The translations under genes were made by a program, and so were the position numbers. The notes under the pieces were generated by a model. That model ran no database searches. It saw nothing but the letters and a program-made list of their open reading frames with translations, and had not been told where the DNA came from. Shown one piece after another: positions 55,701 to 64,000 of a stretch of DNA of 64,000 nucleotides. Every line of letters starts with the position of its first letter. The stretch's first letter is position 1. Source of the DNA: Octopus sinensis (Eukaryota); NCBI RefSeq assembly GCF_006345805.1, contig NC_042997.1, positions 68,758,001 to 68,822,000 on the forward strand. The letters are read 5' to 3'.

Positions 55701-56201
55701 TATCTTTAGGAAGGAAATTTCACATTGATAACTGGGTGCGTTTCCGCAAGTGGAAATGAATTAGAACGGATATGAGTGCATTAAGAAAGTACTGAGAAGC
55801 AATTAAAAAGACGCATGCCAATCGTTACTTGTACAAAATAATTCAATTAGCAACTGTTTTTTTTTCTGGGTTTTCTCTGTTATGACGTTTTACACTTGGG
55901 GATTTGTTCATGTTTTCTTTTGTTGTTTTTCTTTCACAGTAAAGGGGAGAGAGCTGAGACCTTTGGTTCTGTGTATGTCACATAATTTCTTTGCTCTCTC
56001 TCTCTTTCTCCCCACTTTCTCCCCTCTCTCTCTCTTTCTCTTCTCTCTCCTCTCTCTCTCTTACTTTCCTCTTCCACTCCCTCTCTTTCTTCCCTCTTTA
56101 TCCCCCTCTCTCTGTCTGACAAATGCTTTTTACTTATTGCAACCTTCACTTTTCACACAAATACCTGTGTGGTTTTCTATGTATCTATGTATCTATCTAT
56201 G

Positions 56202-56288
<87 letters not shown>

Positions 56289-56294
56289 CTCTTC

Positions 56295-56362
<68 letters not shown>

Positions 56363-57607
56363 ATATATATATATCCTCCTATCTATCGATCGATTGATCT
56401 ATCATCTACCACCTATCTGTTGGCCTGATTTTCTGCATGTTATATTTGTTTTACTTTCTATCCGCCACTGTGTGATTATTTGTTTATCATTCTGTCCACT
56501 TCTCTGAACAACTGGTCTCGATACACGATCCCTATTGATCATTTTTTTCTCTCCTTTTTACGATCCCTTTTGATCGAAAACCTACCCCACTTTTTTTTCT
56601 CCCCAAAAAGAAAAGCTCTACTTTGTAATTTGTCCCGTCTGTGTTCAGCCCTGGGTGGCTAATAAAGAAACATATCTTACAGAATAATTGGCGTACCGGT
56701 TTGTGCATACAGGTAAATTTATTCCACTCTCCTTTTCTCCTTCTCTTACACATTATCTATCTCCCTCCCTCCCTCTCTCTATATATATAGAGGACAACAA
56801 AATAAATGAGAGGAAAAATTACAGATGTTTGCAATACATTTCAGAAGCAACAAAAACTACTTATATGTTGTATGTATATGTGTATTTGTATATATTACAT
56901 GAGAGTATCTGTGAATGTATGTGTGCTCGTGTGTGACTCGCCTTTTATCTCTCTACTTGAATGTTTAATTTTATTATTTATGTCTTCCTGTAAAGGTATG
57001 TGCTACAAAATACTTTTTTGTCTTAATATTAACTCTCAATCTGGTCATGTCTATATGTCATTATTTTGCATCATTTAAAATACTGGTTTGACATATAGGG
57101 TGTGTAAACTTTGCATTTCGTTTCGACCTGCTAGAAATAGAAACCGAGTCTCCCTGGTACAAATCGCTGTTCTGTATCTCTTAATATTTCCACCATTGTA
57201 GAACTGATACCTGCAATATTTAAAAATTGCTTTTCTCATTAGTTTCCTTTTTGTTGTGTCTTGGACATGCATACACACAGACACTCACATACGTATAAAT
57301 ACGTATATACTTATACTTATGTAAGAATAAAGACACGGAAATCCTCATACATAAATATTAATTATCCTTTCACTAATATTTTTCTTTTCACTGATGTAAA
57401 CATTTTGTCCACGTGGATTCTCCTAATCAATCATACAGATCCTACACTTATTTCAGTTAAGCATACATTTATTGATCATTGTTTCTCAAATTGTTGTTCC
57501 TCTCTTGATATAACACAATGAAACTCAACACCCTGGTGAAAATAAGAACGCGCGCCGATACATTCACGCATCTATCCCTGTATGCTTATACACACACAAT
57601 ATACATA

Positions 57608-58481
57608 TCGTGAAACGGGGTTACTTTGAACCGTTTTAGACTTCTTATTGCTATGATTTCATAACCTTTTCCTCAATCTTAACTAAATTTGTTAGGGAGA
57701 TTAAATAGGTAAACTTATATATGAAATAAAAATAAGTTGCAGTCAATATTTGATTACTTTTTCTTATATAATTGTCGCTGTTCAATGTAACCACGAATCA
57801 GTAGTATATTTTTGCTTATGTTCAAAGTTACTCTTATTAGTCGATCCAAACTACAAGTTGATCCTAAAATAAACAAATTATGGTTTAAAGAATTAGACTT
57901 TGCAACAGAAAGAAAAACTGATTTTGGTTATCAAGCCATAATAAGAAAAAAATGAAAAATTTGGGGTTACACCTCATTAATTCTAAGGGTGAAATATTGT
58001 CCATAAATAACAAAAGCATCAAAAAATCTGAAATACCTAACTTATATTGGGCCCTATTAGTTTGACCCGTAGTAGCAGTTTGCTTACTGCCGGAAATAAT
58101 GATCGGGGTAACTTTGAAAGCATGTAATACAAGTTTTTACAAAGATACCAAAGTTATAAAAACACTTCAATAGAAAATTATTAACTAGTTATATTAACGT
58201 TATATTGTTACAAAAGCTTGTATCTTTTATGCAAGAAGTGCTTCAACTGAAATTTGCTGGGAGTTGAAGAAGTTGACAAATTCTTTCTTTGAGTAGATAA
58301 AGTTAAATTTACGAATTTTATTTTATGTATTGAAATTATACTACCATAGAAATTCAATTCTGAAGTTTAACAACGCATTAAACGATTCTGTAAGGAATTT
58401 TAGTAAGAAGCAACAAGAGGAAACAAAATATCATATTTTGTCCAAAGTTACCCGGGTGTTCAAAGTAACCCCAATTCACGG
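57608..58481. mobile_element. Non-autonomous TIR DNA transposon (pogo/Tc1-mariner-like MITE)
   Basis: Left TCGTGAAACGGGGTTACTTTGAAC follows TA; right GTTCAAAGTAACCCCAATTCACGG is followed by TG. Internal copies of the motif near 57780, 57820, 58105 and 58440. Confidence 0.75.
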
Positions 58482-58505
58482 TGCTTATATACCTATTCAC
58501 AGACA

Positions 58506-58543
<38 letters not shown>

Positions 58544-58582
58544 TATATGCATGGTTATACAGAGACACGTGTATACTTAGGT

Positions 58583-58628
<46 letters not shown>

Positions 58629-58629
58629 A

Positions 58630-58662
<33 letters not shown>

Positions 58663-58939
58663 CCAAATGTTACAAACACACACAGACACATCTATTTACA
58701 CCACAATAAACCCTGGGACCAATCAAAAATGGCCCACACACACAAACACAAACACGTATATATGTATATACACACACACGAAGACACACACACTCGCACC
58801 ATTCTGACCTCTAAAGACCAATACCCCAAATCCTTGAAGTTTGAAGGAGAGACAAAAAAACTTCTTTTCAGTTCCTCATTACTCTTTCTCCCTCCCACCC
58901 AAACACACCTACACTGTCCCTTGAAATAAAAAATAGTCT

Positions 58940-59645
<706 letters not shown>

Positions 59646-60021
59646 AGTGTACAGGCTGTTTGAGTGTACAGGCTGGTTCGCTTAAGTAAATTATGCAACG
59701 TAACATATTAAAAAGCACCTATATAATCTTTGTTAACAATCCCCTTATTAAATGTTAAAAAAATTGCATGAATTCAGGTGAAGTATTTCTGTTTGCTTTC
59801 CTTTCCTTTTTTTCTTTGGCAGAAGTAAGGAACATCGTCCGCATGATTAACTGAAGTGCGATAGGATGAGTTTCTGGGAGTGTATTTGACGCGGCACTCG
59901 CCCAAGATTGACAGGTCACGCACGGATTTATTTGTAATGAAATGTGTTTTTGTTTTGTATGTGGTTTTCGATTTCTGTTAACCACACTTTCACACATACA
60001 CACACACAACACACACACACA

Positions 60022-60059
<38 letters not shown>

Positions 60060-60499
60060 CACACACACAACACACACAACACACATACACACACATATTT
60101 ATATATCCAGATGTATAAAGTTGCTCCCTCGAATTCTTCTACTGAGACACAGAAATTAAACAACCAATATTGTAATAACTTACGTTATAGGTTTTTCACT
60201 CTTGTTAGGCCTTCACTGAGAATATAAACCTGTAACCGTTTTTACATTGTGAGAAATGTAGAAAATACCTTCGTTTATTCGTACAAATGTAAAAACAGAA
60301 TCAGATTCTATCACTGTTGTCTCTTTCCTATCAGTTTTCATATCGCCTTTCTCAGTGCTAATCTCTACCTGTCAGTTTCTGTTTATATAGTTCACCCTGT
60401 GTATGTGTGTGTATTTGTGATTGAGTGTTCAAATTTTGTGTTAGAAGAACCTCAATAATGTAAACAATATCGAAACCACAAACTAGCAGCTGCGGTAAT

Positions 60500-61290
60500 T
60501 CGTCAAAGGAAAGCCCATGCATTTCGTTTTGTTGGTATGACACCTGCTTCTGTTTTGCGTTTCTGTTTAGGTAGTCCCGTTCAGCCTGCTTTAGGTCGCA
60601 TGAAACTGTTGTATTCATAGAGTATCTGCACTGTAATTCTTCTCCAACTCGGAAGATGTTGTTGCTCTCACTTTTCAGTATGCATGGAATGTACTCATTT
60701 CTGTCTTTGCTGCTCAGCAGATGTTGTCTGAGAGGATACAATAATACGACATTCAAAGGCTGTTTAGACTAACCTAATGTTTCTTCCACCATCACTCTGT
60801 CTCACATAAATCCTATAGGTATTGCTATTAGTGTTTAAGTTGCTATTGGTGGTCAGTACCTTTCTAGTTGTGATGTCCAAGCTACGTATCTCATCAAATG
60901 TCCGGTCCAATATCCCAAATGTTGGTACAAGCGCTGGCATTGCAGAGGCATTGTGAGATAAGGTCTTGTTAAATGCAGACAACTCTAAGTTCCATATTTC
61001 TGGAATCCACAGAAGTACTCTTTTATTATTCTGGTTTTAGACATAGCACCAACATATGCTACATTCTCATCTATTCCGAGTATTAGAGATAAGAGAGGCA
61101 GTCGATTGACTATCATGAATGAGTATTTAACGTGCCCAAGCTTCATCCCTATATCATGTGAGAATGTTGTGTTGTGACTAATTCTAATTGTCTCACAAGA
61201 GTATAACTTTAGATCATAAACAACAAATTTGAGGGTGACATTAATTTCATTCGTTTTTGCATAGCCAGCATGTAAATTTGGCATTTTGCT
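60500..61290 (-). mobile_element. Decayed R4/Dong-like non-LTR retrotransposon fragment
   Basis: Minus-strand fragments FVVYDLKLYS (degenerate FxDDLKLY), FSHDIGMKLG, LGIDENVAY, SAFNKTLSHN..PTFGILD..LDITTRKVLT..RIYVRQSDGGR, and MHG. Confidence 0.75.
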
Positions 61291-61546
61291 ATCGAAGCTA
61301 AAATATCACTCAGGAATATACCTGTTGATAGCTTACTTCTGTTTGTAACAGTAGGTATTGCTTTAGTAGTTGTCAGTGATAACTGTGTTACTAGTTACTA
61401 GTTTTCAATGGCATTCACTATAGCAGCTGGTACTTTGGCAAGGTGTAATTGATTATATCATCCATGTGTGAGGGAAAGAGTCGAACGCCATCTTGTAGTC
61501 TAGTCATATCATTAAGAGATTACGGCGAAGTTGCTAGGCTTCCTAT

Positions 61547-62410
61547 TGTGATGAGAATCACGACACCCACTTGCGAGAAATAAAGTGGACCGGGCGATTA
61601 TAAATAGCAACGGTAGGAGTGAAGTTTGTGTTAGTTCGAGTTGAATTCGCAGTGAAGTCGGAAGGTGTCGGCTGGTAAGTTCGTTTGGAATGTTGATTGT
61701 TGGTTCGTGAAGAGATTGATCGTTACGTTGCTATTACGGCTGCATTGTTATGTTGTCTATTATTACTACACTGATACGATGTATCTAAACCATCCGTCAC
61801 AATATCGTGGCAATATTTGGAGATGGAGGATAGATCTGGCGTCGAGGGTTTCGAAGTCCAAACATATTATTTAACAATGTGTTCGTGATACCACTTGTTA
61901 AATGATGAAAGCCCTACTAGCTTCTATAATTCAGTTGCAACAGCAACAAGAAGAGCAACAGGAGTTGCAGAAGCAACTAGTACAGCAACAACTACAACAA
62001 CAACAATTATTGGAGCTATAACAGAGTTACTGCGAAGGATATAACTTTTGCAGCGTACTGCAAAAGGCATGAAGAAACTTTTAAGGAAGATTACAAAACA
62101 TGATCGGACGAAGAAAAAGTAAGATCATTATTATGTAAATTAGCTTCGTCCGAATGATGAATTTATTACGTATGCAGGAATGATGACTTTATTACGTATG
62201 CAGGAATGATGACTTTATTACGTATGCAGGAACAGTTTTAAACTCAAAATACTTACTCCTGAGATGTTTAAGTGCCTCAATTTTGTACAAGGTCTTACAA
62301 CAGATGAAGTTACAGAAATACGGACAAGAATTCTTTTGAAACTTGAACAAGGGAACCAAGATTTAATCCTGCAGACTGTTGCAGAAGATGGTGAACCTGA
62401 AACACGACGT
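61547..62410 (+). mobile_element. Gypsy-type LTR retrotransposon relic (putative LTR, PBS-like site, gag fragment)
   Basis: TGTGATG...CGTCACA bounds 61547-61801 and contains TATAAATA. PBS-like TGGCGTCGAGG near 61838. Gag-like NDDFITYAG..FKLKILTPEMFKCLNFVQGL..EIRTRILLKLEQ. Confidence 0.65.
62152..62229 (+). repeat. 3 x 26-bp tandem repeat inside the gag relic
   Basis: GAATGATGA(A/C)TTTATTACGTATGCAG at 62152, 62178 and 62204, directly abutting. Confidence 0.95.
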
Positions 62411-64000
62411 AAGTAAAATTGAAGAAAAGGAATTCGTATGGATAAAGTGTTGTTGAAAGTGAACGGGAATAAAAAATGAAAGAAAAAATTCAAATTTAAA
62501 CAATTCTCTAACGGAATATTCGATGTGGAATGATTGAGAGTTCCTGGCAGTTCTAGTCCGCTCGCTGATTCAGTATATGTCTGAACTGTTTTCTACTACT
62601 TGCGCCTCTTCTCTCTCATTCTCTGTCGTAGCCAATGCAGCGGAGACGGACGAGTTTTCCTTGGTTCAATCTTATGTGAATTACGGTATTTGAAAACAAA
62701 GTGTATCAAGAGACACAGCTAAACATTAAAAATTCTAAAGCTTAAAATAGTTAAATAAATATTCTTACAGTTCTTCCATCATTTGTTGCTTATTTTCGAA
62801 TAAACACAAGTACAGAAAGAAACTATCTATACATACTCGCAGCAATAAAGACATGAGATAAATTTGTAACATGGTGTAGAATATTGTAGACAAGTGATTT
62901 AGTAACATATTGAAGATTAGGTAATTTATCTAATTTGCTATTTAACATACATACATACATATGTGTGTGTGTATGCCACTCATGTATTGATTACATGTGT
63001 AATTACATATAAATATGTGTATTACGTGCGAAAAAATGCGCACCTCATCTTCAGGCCCTCGAATTGGTTAGGTGACAAATCAATATAGATACGTATGCCC
63101 GCTGAGGTCGACTTTGCCTTTCATCATATCTTGGTTGATAAATTAAGTACCAGTTGCGTACTGGGGTCGATCTAATCGACTGGCTCCCTCCCCAAAAGGT
63201 TCGGGCCTTGTGCCTAGAGTAGAAAAGAATATAGATTTGTATGCACCACCACCACCATTACCATCATAATCATGATCATTATCATGAAAACCATCATCAT
63301 CATCATCATTAAAATGTACGCTTTTCTCTATTTAGAATCACACGCATATATGTATTGGATATATGTATGTACATGTGTATGTATATATGCATGTGAGTAA
63401 ATAATCTTTTTGTATAACATTTATTGAAACAAGACAGTGCAATTTGAGATACAAGTAAAATCAAAAGTGGATCTAGGTCTGAAAATCAACTTGGTGTGCA
63501 ATCCCTTCTAGTGAAATTTCTTTGAAATTATTTCTTCTGTGCACAAACCATGTAAGGGTGTAGAACTGAAGTGGGAAGAAGAGAGCGTTGTATTTGACTA
63601 ATATACCATGAGCGTTTTCCATATACGGTGCCCATATAAATCAGAAGAACTTGTGGCAGGACTAACAATTTCTTTCCCTTCCATTGGCTTCCGTTATTCA
63701 TGATAGCGGACACGTACTAGAACAGTTTTATTATATGATTTGTGCTTTGTTCATTTATCACCAACCCTATAAAATTTAATATTCCTCTATACTATAGATA
63801 CAAAACGTGAAATGTTAGTTAGGGGGACGGGAATATAGCCAATTACCTGTCACATAGTATTCAACTGGTTCTTATTTCATTGATCCCAAAGGAAAGAAAG
63901 GCGAAGTGGACTTCGGTGAAATTTGTACTTAGAAAGTAAAGACGGACGAAAATTCGACAAGTGCTTAGTCTGGCGTGCTAATTAATCTACCAGCACGCCA

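Noticed and set aside
62152-62232. CRISPR-like short direct repeats
   Set aside because: The units abut without spacers; this is a slippage triplication within a retrotransposon gag relic in a eukaryotic genome.

Overview
Eukaryotic, AT-rich, microsatellite-dense DNA. The SINE, LINE and microsatellite content points to an octopus or related coleoid cephalopod (inference). The only well-supported host gene is the 3' end of a Cys-loop nicotinic-acetylcholine-receptor-type subunit on the + strand. It has three exons: 8000-8086 (M2), 17387-17502 (M3) and 19739-20275 (M3-M4 loop, M4, stop); upstream exons lie before the window. Its M2 (GMNIFVAFFVLLLLLAE) resembles the lophotrochozoan anion-selective ACh-receptor clade. 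The rest is intron or intergenic DNA filled with tRNA-derived SINEs, RTE, CR1/L2-like and R4 LINE fragments, Penelope-like relics, Gypsy relics, Tc1/mariner/pogo elements and Helitrons. Most notable signals: an almost canonical minimal hammerhead ribozyme plus several degenerate relatives; a SINE/LINE shared 3' tail with a covarying hairpin; a head-to-tail Helitron dimer; a pre-miRNA-like hairpin; and inverted SINE sets flanking the receptor M3 exon. All calls were made by eye without database searches, and repeat boundaries are approximate unless TSDs or TIRs are quoted.
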